Assembly (NCBI RefSeq): GCF_003918875.1
Contig: NW_025766959.1
Coordinates: 124,001-188,000 of the forward strand
DNA from: Haliotis rubra
Taxonomy: Eukaryota
Reading direction: 5' to 3'
Length of the DNA stretch: 64,000 nucleotides
Below the pieces are notes generated by a model. It saw nothing but the letters and a program-made list of their open reading frames with translations, made no database searches and was not told the DNA's origin. The translations under genes and the position numbers were made by a program. This document shows, piece by piece, positions 39,115 to 51,249 of this stretch (positions within the stretch are counted from its first letter, which is position 1; every line of letters begins with the position of its first letter).

Positions 39115-42100
39115 AACGGTTTCCATGGTAACGATAGATACGGGACAGATAGTGTTGGACCCAAGTTGTCCCAAATCAATCCCAAATAAGATGCGGCTAC
39201 AGTGCTACCTTGTAGAACCAACACACTGGGCTCTTCCGCTTTTCACTTGTCTCGGACTAGCGGTCTAGCCATTGAGCGGGAACTCGTTAAACGGACATTT
39301 GAGATAAGATTTATTCTTCCAATGTTTCCTTTCTTTGAGAATCTTTTAAAATTTTAATCAACTGTTTATATATACTGTTGTATTTATTTATAATGAGGAT
39401 TAGGAGTGTGAAGTTTGTATAAAGTGTCTAATAATACGTGTTTATTGTGTTTAGTAAACAGGAAGATATCATGATATAATTCAGATGAACACGATTCAGC
39501 GTTAGATCGCTGAATTGACGCTGCTGCTATGTGACAAGTACATATCCGGCGTTTGGGAAAACTTACTGCGCGAGCTGAAAGTCAGTGAGTGAGTTTTTAC
39601 ACGGCTTTAACAGTAATAACGCTATTCACGATGGGAAGACACCAGAAATGGGCTCCACACATTGTACCCATGTAGGAAATCGAAAACGCTCAGCCACCGC
39701 GACTTCCCCTTAATCGCCAGCACACGAAGTCAGCCGCCTAACCCGCTCAGCCATCGCGACTTCCACCAGAGACCATATAATAGATTATTATATGGTCTCT
39801 GCTTCCACTCAGGTCAGGCGGCCGACTTTGTGTGCTGGCGATTAGGTGCCTGACTCTGAGGGTGTGGATTCAACCCAAGAAAAGTACTAGAATCTGTACT
39901 TTACTAAGAAAGTGTAATCACAAATATAACATATGTTACATTTGACCACTTTCTAAATGGCATTGTGTAGTCATAGTCCTACTAAATGTCACAAAGCTCA
40001 GGTTTGTGAGGTGAATGAGGAGGTGAAGGATTTCCTCCAGAATGTGAAGACGGCGGTGCGACTACTTTTGATACGATCTAGGTTGTCTGTGCCTTGCAAC
40101 TGTATAAAAACATAACGAGCGCGTGTTGAGACATCTACTGTAGCAACGTAAGCCAATGTGAGCGTATGGATACAACGCCCGTCAAATGATAAGTAAGGTT
40201 AGTCAACCTGAGATTTGTTAAGTATTTGTTCAGTATGTCAGCTATATGACGACAACCTGTCAATAATCCAGTGATCGATATTTTGAGTACCGATCCTAGC
40301 CATAAACCATGGAATCCATTTGGTTATGGCCAGCTTAGGCTGCCGGGGACCTCTTCCAACCCGGATTCCTGCGTGAAGGAGGTTGATAAGGACGACACGT
40401 GCACACAAATCTGTTGTTCGCCTAATGTTTTGTTGTGTGTTGGTTGTCAACAACAGTCTGTATATTGCAACACTGACTGTACTTTTTTTTCTTTTGAGTT
40501 TGGACATGAACCCAAGTTCTTTATAGATAGCCTCGGATATATGCTTAGATCTTTTGGAGTATGCTCAGTGAGAGATCTAATGACTGAAATAAAGGAGTTG
40601 TGTATTTTTTCTTAATTTTCTGTACACTCTATGATACATGTAACATTTTGCAAAATAATAAATACACTTTCAAGTTGGAATTTCTCATAGAATTACCGCC
40701 CCCATTATCTAGCGGATGGAGTGTCTGTCCGGTGGGTCTTAAGTCATTGGATCGTTCAATCTCCGGCCGCACAATACCAAAACACGTTGACAGCGACGCC
40801 AAAGCCCATTTAATTTCACCTTACCTCATCCTGACCTCAGCTAGCCTGTTAGAGTTGCCAAACCGACTAACGGCTGAATTTCATCTGCATTACTGGATGG
40901 TCTGAGTGCGGCATTTAACAAAAACAAAACAAGAAACAATTTTAATATACCCAAACAACAAGCCGTGTTTATGGCAAATTTAATGACTTTTCCACCAAGT
41001 AGAACCGCGCTATCAACCACACAGACAGAGGTGGGGGACAGTGAGGCTAACACTTGGGTAGATGATCATGAAGGGCTTGGCTGCCTGGTCAGTGTTCGTC
41101 TCCCCAGCTTGCCGATCTGTTGGTCTGACTGTACGTATCTGAATGTCTGCCGGCTATGTCTTGCGTGACTATACTGTCTGTCTTTATAGAAGGATACTGA
41201 CTGCTATTCAGATTTGTTGACATTTCACTGTGTACACCATTAGGGTCGTACATGTTGTGATAATTCGTTAATGTTTAATTATGTTGCAAGTGACCGAACG
41301 CCATTCAAGTCATCTGGACATATCTAATTAGCTTGACTTTTCATAGAGTGAGCAGATCTGACACATGGACACAAATGGGGAAGTAAACGTCGCGATAATT
41401 CATTAATATACTGAGGAAACAAATAAGGGAACACGTGAAAGTGCTCCTTTATTTTTTCCAGGTTTCTTCACCAGCTTTGTATCGCACTGTGGGTGGGAAT
41501 CTGAGAACAAATAGAGGAACACTGCGATGAAGTGGTGTTGCCTTGTTTCGCTCAGTATATGTAATTTTCGAGCAAATGCCTGAACGTCATAATTATATGG
41601 GCATTTAACATATACACAAAGCTACTAATGGACATAGGGGTATTATGATCATTCCTTCTCAGCCGCCATGATACCAAACAGTGAAACATTTTAACAATTT
41701 CCACTTTCATAGTGGTGGCTACCGTCGCTATAAGTTTATTGCTGTCTTCATAAAAGGCCAGGTGGCCGGAGAGTTTCAGAGTTGAGGCAGTCAAGAAAAG
41801 AATCAACATAAAATAGATAACAAGTCAATATGTTTGGAGGAAATCAATTTTGATAACAGATAGGTATTTATTATTAAAACACGAGAGCATGTATTCTTGG
41901 TATTTGAAACGAACCAATGTGTCAGGACGTGAAATGTTCTGGTTCAGTTCGATTATTTATTAAAGATACCTTCAGCATTAGTAGAAACGTGCGGGTCTGA
42001 AATTCAGCGTCTTGAGTCGAACCTAGGTTTATCCAGTTCCGCACTCTGTGACTTGCTGTCCTGTTTAGTCTTGTCCAGGCAGTTGTGTATTGAGAGATAA

Positions 42101-43769
42101 ATCAGGTCGCACATGCCATACGAGCGGGATCTGAAGCTGAATTAATATATGAGCTTTCGACCTTGGGTTAATCTCTGTGGGTGCGGGGCATGGTTGCGTC
42201 TGGGGAGAGTGAGGAGTAAAGGTCACCCCCTGTCCCAACGAACCCCTCATAGCCATTCGTGTTGCAGAGACAGGGCTTACAATGACAACCGTGACATGGA
42301 ACGGCAATTCGTTTAGGTAACTGCCGGAGGGTCCGTTGGGGACCTATTTATCTATGGGGGATGGGCCCCACAGCACAGTCACTGTGAGGAGACTTTGAGG
42401 ATAGCCTTTGCTTGTTGTTTTGCAGGAGTTGGTCAGGTTCGGAGAATTGGTCGCTCTTGTGTCATCATATGGTGACTGTCGTATTTAACAATGTCAGTTA
42501 CTTGTTTGCATTGTCAAGCCTCAATTATGTACGTTAAGTAAAACAAATGACTGGATACAAAACAAATGCTTGATATATAATACAACTTTGATGTAAAAAT
42601 AAATTACTAAATATTTTATGTGGGAATGATATTGTCATTGAAGGTTTAATGAGCCAGGATGTCTCCCACTGAACAAGTTAAATACCCTGGTGTTCATTTA
42701 ATTAATTTTCAAATTCTGTAAGTATTTAAAGATATTTATGCATACAAATTTCGAAATAATTCATTTGAATATCTTTGCGTGTATGTGTGTGCAAATCGTA
42801 ATGATTATGTGTGGTTCTTTCAAATATGATTGTCCTTGCGTCGTTCGATAATGTCTTTATTCTGAGACCCAAGCTGAACGCCCTGTTTCTGACGATACCT
42901 ATTCAAATCCATGACATTGTCCAATGTATGAAAAAAAGAGTGAGACAAATTTATTAACAGCAAAAATATTATTATTTATTTCCCTAACGAAATTCTGGAA
43001 TATTCCAAAAATACAAGATGATTGTTTCTATATGAGTTTGAATGTTGTAATATTACAAACTATGACATTACGCAAAAGCCCATCTCCTGACACAAACTTA
43101 TTATTCTGTTTGGACACATGCCAAAGTCGCATGCCACTCTGTGCTTGAATCCCGTGCTGCACGTGCGCACATTGAGGACAATTAAAAGGGGTCGTAGAAT
43201 TCAATCGTATCTGGATTTTTCGTAGCCTCGGTTTCCTATTTTCCTCACATTTCGTACTCTCATTTGACTATTTCGAAAAGTAAAGAGACTGTAAAATCAC
43301 GCCCGTATTTTGTACACATGTCCATATTTCGATAACGAACAGAACCCTATTGCGCGACAGTCAATTTTAGACACTGGTACAGGTGTAATGCTTGCTGCGG
43401 CCGAGTTGTCTCATGAATGCGGGGCCGTGGGCATTATGTATGTACACAGAACACAAGCTTATTTTTTGGAGCGTGACAGCCACGGGCACATAGCAGCCAT
43501 ATCTCGCTCTACATGCCCCTGCACAAGTCCGTTCAACTGCACTATGTGCTGATAGAGTTATCTCCCTTACACTACTCCACACGGGCTTCATGTCGCTGCA
43601 GCCTGTAAACTCCAAGCTCTGGTATATGAAGACACTTTATAGTTCAGCAGCATACAATAGATTAGTACATATATCGGGAATTCATGAAATATTGACACCC
43701 TTTGAATTTCTTCCCTATAGCCATATTTTTTTCACTGAAGTTATGGTAAAGCACACGTGAGAGAAAGGA

Positions 43770-44160
43770 ATCAACACTTCGAACGGGAGTTGTTGTCAGT
43801 TGTCAGAAAACCTGATCTCGAATCTGCCCTCTCAGAACACATCGTTAACAATTCCAACCACACTATCAACTGACAACACACCGAAATCCTGGCTTCCAAC
43901 ATCACCAATTGGCGCAAAAGAAAACTCTGTGAGTCAATCAACATAAGAAGATTAGTGCCTGAGACCAACAGAGATCAAAGGGGTTTACCTCCCCAGCGCC
44001 TGTAGTGCCTGAGACCAACAGAGATCAAAGGGGTTTACCTCCCCAGCGCCTGTAGTGCCTGAGACCAACAGAGATCAAAGGGGTTTACCTCCCCAGCGCC
44101 TGTAGTGCCTGAGACCAACAGAGATCAAAGGGGTTTACCTCCCCAGCGCCTGGTTCATCA
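43770..44160 (+). mobile_element. Penelope-like retroelement fragment (GIY-YIG endonuclease C-terminal half)
   Basis: Translation SALSEHIVNNSNHTIN*QHTEILASNITNWRKRKLCESINIRRLVPETNRDQ(G)VYLPSAW matches the SAxxEH..HxIxW..IL..R..E.I.I..NRDxG pattern. Confidence 0.75.
43953..44152 (+). repeat. Four perfect tandem copies of a 50-bp unit
   Basis: TAGTGCCTGAGACCAACAGAGATCAAAGGGGTTTACCTCCCCAGCGCCTG at 43953, 44003, 44053, 44103. Confidence 0.97.
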
Positions 44161-44365
44161 CCCGAAAACTATGGAGGCGACTCAATCTGCTTGAACCACT
44201 CTGCTATCTAAACACTCCCTTGCCCTTATTGTAAAAACATACCCTATTATTGTATTCTGCTCTTTTGATCTCACTGCATTGTTTGTACATACTTAATTAT
44301 ACCTCCTTTTTCCCTTGCGCTTGTATATACTTATTTACATATCTGGTTTCCTGTACGTCTATATA

Positions 44366-45662
44366 CACTCATGTGCCAAAATTGTTTCATTTTTCAAGAT
44401 GGCAGACATTTCGGTCGTGTCCGGTTATGGATAATAACGAACGTGTTGCTTACCTTATCGGTGTCCTGTTGCTTTAATATTTTGTTATGTGTCCCTTTGA
44501 GATTAGTACTTGTCGTAAACTCTTAGATCATCCCAAGCGGACTGGAGACACTCTCTCAAGTCTCCCAGTCCCGTGATAGTAGAAATGTTGGGGTTATTTT
44601 CTCATTATTTTTCAAAACAAGCCAAACATTTTCGATTGGGTTCAAATCTGGACTCTGTGCTGGCCAAGGTAGCTGAGGAATGTCATTCCTGCGTTTCCAT
44701 GTTTCCGTCTTACGGGACCGATGCATCGGTGCATTATCATCTTGAAACAGCCATGGTTTGTCAAGGAAATGCTTTACAACAACAGGCCACAAACAGTTGT
44801 CAAGTGTATCAATATACTTAGCACTGTTCATGTTTCCATGACCAAACACCCAACACCGTAATATGTAATGCACCCCCACATCATCAACTTCATAGACCGC
44901 CCTATTCCCTGAGTGAAATACCCGAGACACTCGCCCCTCCATCTTTCTGATCGCTTTCGCCACACTTTAACTCTTCCATCAGGTTTAACAACAATAGTCA
45001 TTTCATCGGTAAAGATGACCTTTTTCCAGTCCCTATCAACAGTCCAACGAATTTTTCCTCTACACCATGCCACATGTTTTTCCTGTTGACCTCACGTATT
45101 CCCAGCTTTTTGCAAACAGTCCGTCGAACAAATCCCAGTGAATGTAAATTTCTTTGAACAGTTCTTTTGGAAACAGGTTGTGGCACAGACTGATTAAAAA
45201 TGTGAGTAATATCCTCCAAAGATTTCCGGCGATCAACTTTAACGATCCTCGAAAGTTGATTACTCCCCCGTGCTGTGATTTTTGCAGGTCTACCAGAATG
45301 ACGTCTGTTTTCGGTATTTACCCGTTCTCGATGTCTCTTCAAACATTTGCAAATAGTAGAATACTCTTGAAACATCGGATGATCTATATCCATCATTTAT
45401 CATATTGATAATGACCTGTTTTGTGTCATTACTCATCAGTTTTCCGTGTCCGGACATGGTTGTTTATGTCTCACAACGAAGCAGACGACAAATAAACTTT
45501 CGGAATTGCGTACACGAAAGTGGATGACGGGAAGTGATATCAATTATAAAAGACGGAAAAAAAGCTGACTCTACCAAGAGATGCGATGCGAAATAAAAAC
45601 GTCTTCAAATTCATCGCTTTCCACTGATCGGTAAAAATTGAAACAATTTTGGCACATGGGTG
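44366..45662 (-). mobile_element. Full-length Tc1 (DD34E) transposon, frameshifted transposase
   Basis: About 29-bp TIRs CACTCATGTGCCAAAATTGTTTCATTTTT / AAAAATTGAAACAATTTTGGCACATGGGTG flanked by TA on both sides; motifs SGRP, VIFTDE, FQDDNAPMH, SPDLNPIE with 34 residues between D and E; ATG at 45457. Confidence 0.93.
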
Positions 45663-45794
45663 TATGTACTGTACTGTTCACTATCACCATTATCCACCTG
45701 TACAAACGTCGCTTGTTCATTGGATATCATTATTTGCAAAAAGACTAATGGTAATAGTTTGATAAATAAATTTTGAAAAGGTATCCCGGCAATG

Positions 45795-46015
45795 TCTGTT
45801 TGTTTGCTTGTTTGTTTGTTTGTTGTTTAAACGCTGCACTCAGCAATATCCCAGCTCTTTGGCGGCGGTCTGTAAATAACCGAGTCTGGACCAGACTATC
45901 CAGTGATCAACAGTATGATCATCGATCTACGCAACTGGGATCAGCGAGCCTGAGTACTCGATCCCGTTAGTCGCCGCTTACGACATGCAGAGGTTGCTGA
46001 AGACCAGTTCTAACA
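45795..46015 (-). mobile_element. SINE-like repeat family B
   Basis: Colinear with 37793-38058; (AAAC)n tail. Confidence 0.8.
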
Positions 46016-47248
46016 GTGTGTGTCCCCGCAATGAGAGTCTAACGCTTAGTCTCTGAATATATATAATTTTGATTGTAACAAACAAACCCATTTATATTGA
46101 AAAGGAGCCCCAGGAAGTCCAGAGATTCAGACCCTGGTCAAATCTAGACTTGCTTCATTTAGGGCTTTAGCATTGCAGGGTGGGCTAGGCTTTAGGGAAA
46201 ATGATATGGTTCAGGAACTGTGAGACAGACTACAAGAATGAATGCATTCTACATGAGTGCAATATAAGTTAAGTGAATCTGATTTGGATCCCATTTCTTT
46301 GTTCCATAGCTTGACATTTCATCATGCCATGTACTGTTTCCATGCCAACAGACCTATGGCCAGCTGGAATATTGCTGGGGTGTTGAGTTTAACAACAAAC
46401 AAACAAACAATAGACCTATTAGTTTTGAAGTATACATATATTTGACACCGTAAATATAAAACAATTTTGCATGTCTTACAAAGTACAAGAAATAGCTGAT
46501 GATGATTTTCACTCCAATATAATCTGGTTGAAAAACTAAAATACAGAAATAAGTACAAGTGTTCCTATATCAACTGCCAGGTGTCTTTGCATGCTTTGTA
46601 TTTCACTGTTCTGAAAACCTGGCAATACACACAGGAACACTTATACTTTCTTGCATTCCCTCATTCGTTCCCATCAGTATCTACTGATTGTTTCCTTCCC
46701 AGGGTTAGTGGAGCAATGGCAGAGATCATTACAATACTATCTGTGAATGTTATATATTTCATCAAACACCGTGCAATATTGATTTCTTGGTTCAAATGTT
46801 CAGGTTTATGTCTTTTCAATTCTCGATGGCAACATGTGTTACCACAGTGGCTTGCCCTATAAATCAATGTACCTGATGTCACCATAAGGTGAATATCCCC
46901 AGAGTAGAAGAGCCAATGACTGATACCAGCCATCAAATCTCCGAGTTCTGGCGGTCGGTCGTATTGTCCCCATGACTAAACTTACCCTGAAAATAAATAA
47001 TGACTTCAAGAAATAATGAGTCCAGTAGCCGTGGTTGCTAAATTAGAGTTGAATTGGTCGAGCAATCTGGCCGATTCGTGGACTGTTTGAATTACCGAAT
47101 GATAGCCTTTGATAATCGATAACCCTTGATATGGACCTGATAACAACCTTTACTAGTATCTCTAACACCAGGACAAATAGGAGATGTAAATACTGTGACA
47201 TCGGATCCATTCATGCACAAACTTCGTGTTGAATATTAATGCTTTATT

Positions 47249-48346
47249 TTAGGTATGTGGATCTTTTCTTTTCTTGAACACAGTTTCGCCTACCATCAAA
47301 ATTTCAGTAAGGGGATCACGTGATGTGTTGCGAAATACAAACGGGTAGACGGCATGCAAAAACTGGCATGGCAAGTTAACATAGGTGTGAGTGTTCTGTC
47401 TAATGTAACTGTCAACAAGAAAGTTATCCGAATGGCAGTCATCCGTCATATTCCCGTAAAATTCTTTGAGAATGAATTCCAGATTACGTGGAACTGGTAG
47501 AAACAAATGTTCAAAGGGTTGCCGTTGCAAAGGGAAAACTTCACTTTTCTTATACAGAAACAAAGGCATTGCTGAGGGACTTACTGACCATATATGGGAG
47601 ATGTCTTCGTTAAAGAAGGAAATATCCAAATATGGAAATTGATCGGGATGGTTAGCCTGATATTCCCTGAAATAAAACGTCCACCGATTGTTCTGAAAAA
47701 CGTCAATGTTGAACTGTGGTAAGACAGTCAGAGAAGAATGTAATTTCAACCAATCCGATTCGCGTACACAAACATGAGCACTTCCTGTCCAAGGAACGAA
47801 TCCCTGGTGCCGATACAAACCAAGCAAGGTGTCACCAAACAGAAAGTGACGTATACCGTTGCTATGACACACGTGCTCAAACACTTCTAGAGTCTGCATA
47901 AGTGATATCCGATCCTCGATGGTCATCACTGGTTGGTAAAAATTGAAATCTTTGAGGTATTTGAAGAAAATGTCTCTGCTTTGATTTTCAGTGAAGTACA
48001 TGTTTCCTTTGACAAGAACAGGAGATTTACCTTCATGAAATACAAGGTCATGAATTCGCCAGGGTGTGGAAAATCTGGACACATTCGTCAAGGACAGGCG
48101 TTCAAATTCATCCTTGTATTCAGGGCTGGTTCTGGAGACTTGTTGAACGTTGAAATTAAGATGATCAAATCGTGCTCTGATTACATGGTAGACATCTTGA
48201 TTTTTCAGTATTTTATTTACCCTGTCTTTCAGTTCATTGTGTGTAGATAACCATATTGTGATTATCACAACAAACACAATCAGAATGACCGTTTTCCTCC
48301 CAAATGTTTTTGTATCAACCTCTGCATGGACGTCCATTATTCCCAT
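47249..48346 (-). CDS. LicD/fukutin-related nucleotidyltransferase-fold protein, type II membrane (about 365 aa, single coding exon), catalytic motif degenerate
   Basis: N-terminal TM TVILIVFVVIITIWL; LicD motifs FL.GDTLLGLYRHQGFVPW, YLDISFF, EVFPLQRQPFE..LPVP...L...YG. Start taken at the first in-frame ATG after a TTTAG acceptor at 48378-48379; likely 5' non-coding exon with GTAAGT donor at 48537; AATAAA directly after the stop. Confidence 0.85.
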   Translation of the reverse strand: MGIMDVHAEVDTKTFGRKTVILIVFVVIITIWLSTHNELKDRVNKILKNQDVYHVIRARFDHLNFNVQQVSRTSPEYKDEFERLSLTNVSRFSTPWRIHDLVFHEGKSPVLVKGNMYFTENQSRDIFFKYLKDFNFYQPVMTIEDRISLMQTLEVFEHVCHSNGIRHFLFGDTLLGLYRHQGFVPWTGSAHVCVRESDWLKLHSSLTVLPQFNIDVFQNNRWTFYFREYQANHPDQFPYLDISFFNEDISHIWSVSPSAMPLFLYKKSEVFPLQRQPFEHLFLPVPRNLEFILKEFYGNMTDDCHSDNFLVDSYIRQNTHTYVNLPCQFLHAVYPFVFRNTSRDPLTEILMVGETVFKKRKDPHT

Positions 48347-48890
48347 CGAGTAATTCGACAACGGGATCCATGCATCACTAAAATATAATGAATACAAATG
48401 AACATACATGACGAATATACACCTAACAATACGATATATGATACGCCTTCCACGTAATCGATTAATACTTAATTCAGTATTAATTAACAAAAGTAATATT
48501 TATTCCTTAGTTTTGTAATCACCTGTCTCATACTTACCCTGGATAGCGATGCGACCTGTCGCGGAATACGTTGTTATTAGCGTGTTCAACAACAAACGCT
48601 TGTTAGCCACGTCACGTGGTACATACACAGCGGTGCAAGTTAAGGATGGCGACACGTGTTTTGACTACATTATTGCCATATGTAGAAATGTGCGTACCAT
48701 GACTCCACTTAATATTCAAAACACCAAAAAACATAAATCCATTTTATAGAGACACAGTCCGGAAACAGTCCGGAAACAGTCTCAAACATGAGAAACAACG
48801 CCCTACTAAACAACTGTAGGAATCATTTGTATTGTCGAGCATTTACACATACAATTTTAGATTGATAACCGTGAAAGTTGCAGTTCTCAA

Positions 48891-49795
48891 AGATCACTCT
48901 GAAGGAGATCGTCTACGATTTACAATATTGTTTCATTTATTCCACTCATGTCTGTTGCTATGGTGATATTTTCATAGGAACTCGTTTTATTATGTTCACG
49001 TATAAGCCTAACCTTTGGCTACCGATACATCAACAGAATGTGCCGATTATGATTCTATAACTTGACTCATGGGCACAGTAGCTGGACGTTGTTTGTTTGC
49101 TTACCGGTATAGGACAATCACTCTCCAGGACCACATCATATAAAGAGTGGAATCGTTCTAGAATCAGATCACTCCCCAGGACCACACCATATAAAGAGTG
49201 AATTCGTTCTAGAATCAGATCACTCCCCACGACCACATCATATGAAGAGTGAATTCGTTGTCGAATCAGACCACTCCCCAGGACCATATCATATATAGAA
49301 TGCATTTGTTGTAGAATCAGATCACTCCCAAGGATCATAGCATATAGAGGGTGAATTCGTTCTAGAATCAGATCGCTCCCCAGGACCATATCATTTTAGA
49401 GTGAATTCGTTCTAGAATCAGATCACTCCCCGGGACAATGTCATTTTAGAGTGAGTCAGGGATGTAGAATGAAATCAAATCCCTAAGACCATATCACTTC
49501 AGATCACTCTGAAGGAGATCGTCTACGATTTACAATATTGTTTCATTTGCTCCACCCATGTCTGTTGCAATGGTGATATTTTTATAGGATCTCGTTTTAT
49601 TATGTTCACGTATAAGCATAACCTTTTGCTACCGATACGTGAATACAATGTGCCGATTGTGATTCTATAACCTGACTCATAGAGTGAATTCGTTCTGGAA
49701 TCAGATCACTCCCCAGGACCATATCATTTTAGAGTGAATCAGGGATCTCGAATGAAATCAAATCCCCAGAACCATACTTCAGATCACTCCCAAGG
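48891..49795. repeat. 51-bp minisatellite interleaved with an about 180-bp duplicated block
   Basis: Unit GAGTGAATTCGTTCTAGAATCAGATCACTCCCCAGGACCATATCATATAAA (about 7 copies at 49115-49500, about 2 more after 49680); 48891-49070 is repeated at 49501-49680. Confidence 0.9.
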
Positions 49796-50348
49796 ACTGT
49801 TTGCATTTAAAATGTGTAACTCTACATCACTCCGTAATGGTTTTAAATCAATTTGTGGTGTAGATCGATTCATTTATTTGTAAAACGTAGAAGGAAGACA
49901 GATCGAGCTAACCTGTTTGGTTTATGAGTGTAAAGGTAAAGGTACTGAAATACTTCACATCAGGGCATGCATTTCCTCAGCTTTTTATCATAATTCACAA
50001 ATTCAGGGCGGGCGGGAGATGGGTAACACGGAGAAAATAACGTACACACTAAATGCCAGTACACACTATTAAAGGCGCTTTCTAAATTGTTATACGAGTT
50101 GGCGGCAAAGATGCGTAGGTATATGCAACTCCAATTATTACAAATCAATGAATGTATATAAAAAAGTATGGAACTTTAATGTTTCTTTATTGCTTATTGA
50201 GGCACCAGAAGAGCGTTCAATTTATTAAGTCTTCATTTAAATGAGTCGAAATCTTTTTTAATGAGTTTATTTGAGTTTCTCTTTCACGCTGCGCGAAAAT
50301 ACGCGAATAACATGCTGTCAAACATAAAATATATAGTTCAATAAACTA

Positions 50349-51249
50349 CACTAAACGCCAAAAGAAACGTTACCCTCCTACCTTTATGAATTACTGAAAA
50401 ACTATCAAAGATATGTTAGAAGGTATTAGTTTACATGAAAGCTTAACAACACAGCTTTATGCAAATCACGGAAACCAATTCTCAAATACATTCATATTTA
50501 GGTGAAATGCATCGTTTTCAGAAGAGTTAACTTGTCCTATATTCGTCCATGCCAAAATATACCAATAACAGTGATTTAGATGTCCACAAGAAAGGTTGAA
50601 ATAAAATTCTGATTTGAGACAAAGATAAACCATTTAAAGTCTCCATTTTCCCACTATTAAAACAAAAAGCAACTGTTGTAGAGTGTGTAAAATTGTAAAA
50701 TAATTATTCCTATGATTTCAGGCTTTTAAAAACATTTTCTGCTGATTTGCATTAGTGAAAACAAGTAAAACGTGTCTTTGATATTTTGAAAAAATGTTCA
50801 GGAACATCTAAAATTATCTTTATCAACATTTTTGCTTTGCAAAGTAACATTTTTCCATTTTCTGTTGACACATAGCAATATCAATCGCCAAAACGCAGCA
50901 ATATTCAAGCAGTATTTGCATACATTTCACATGTAGAATGATTCTACAGGGTATGAAGAGAGACTAGAATGCGTGATATGATACACAAGTACGAGAAAAA
51001 TGCCACGATTAACAGCTGAAGAGAGAGAAAGAGCCATTGGGATGGTGCAGATGGGGTCGACATACAATGCTGTTGCCAACGCCCTCGGATGCCACCTTTT
51101 CACGGTTATAAGACTTATTCAGGGTTTCAGACGGACTAGGGTCACCGTAGACAGACCAAGAAGTGGACGTCCACGCATCACAACGCATGCTGAAGATAGG
51201 AACCTCCGTCATTAAGAAAGGAGGGTAACGTTTCTTTTGGCGTTTTGTG
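50349..51249 (+). mobile_element. Internally deleted non-autonomous Tc1 element with a 71-aa N-terminal ORF (51000-51215)
   Basis: 30-bp TIRs CACTAAACGCCAAAAGAAACGTTACCCTCC / GGAGGGTAACGTTTCTTTTGGCGTTTTGTG, TA on both flanks; ORF MPRLTAEERERAIGM..DRPRSGRPR. Confidence 0.9.

Noticed and set aside
40020-40620. Possible retroelement coding remnant
   Set aside because: No diagnostic motif recognisable by eye.
43953-44152. CRISPR-like appearance of the regular repeats (also 49115-49500)
   Set aside because: Head-to-tail units with no unique spacers, no cas genes, eukaryotic context.
48347-48490. N-terminal 48 aa of the 413-aa ORF call
   Set aside because: Non-ATG start; most of it lies inside a likely GT-AG intron (48537-48378).
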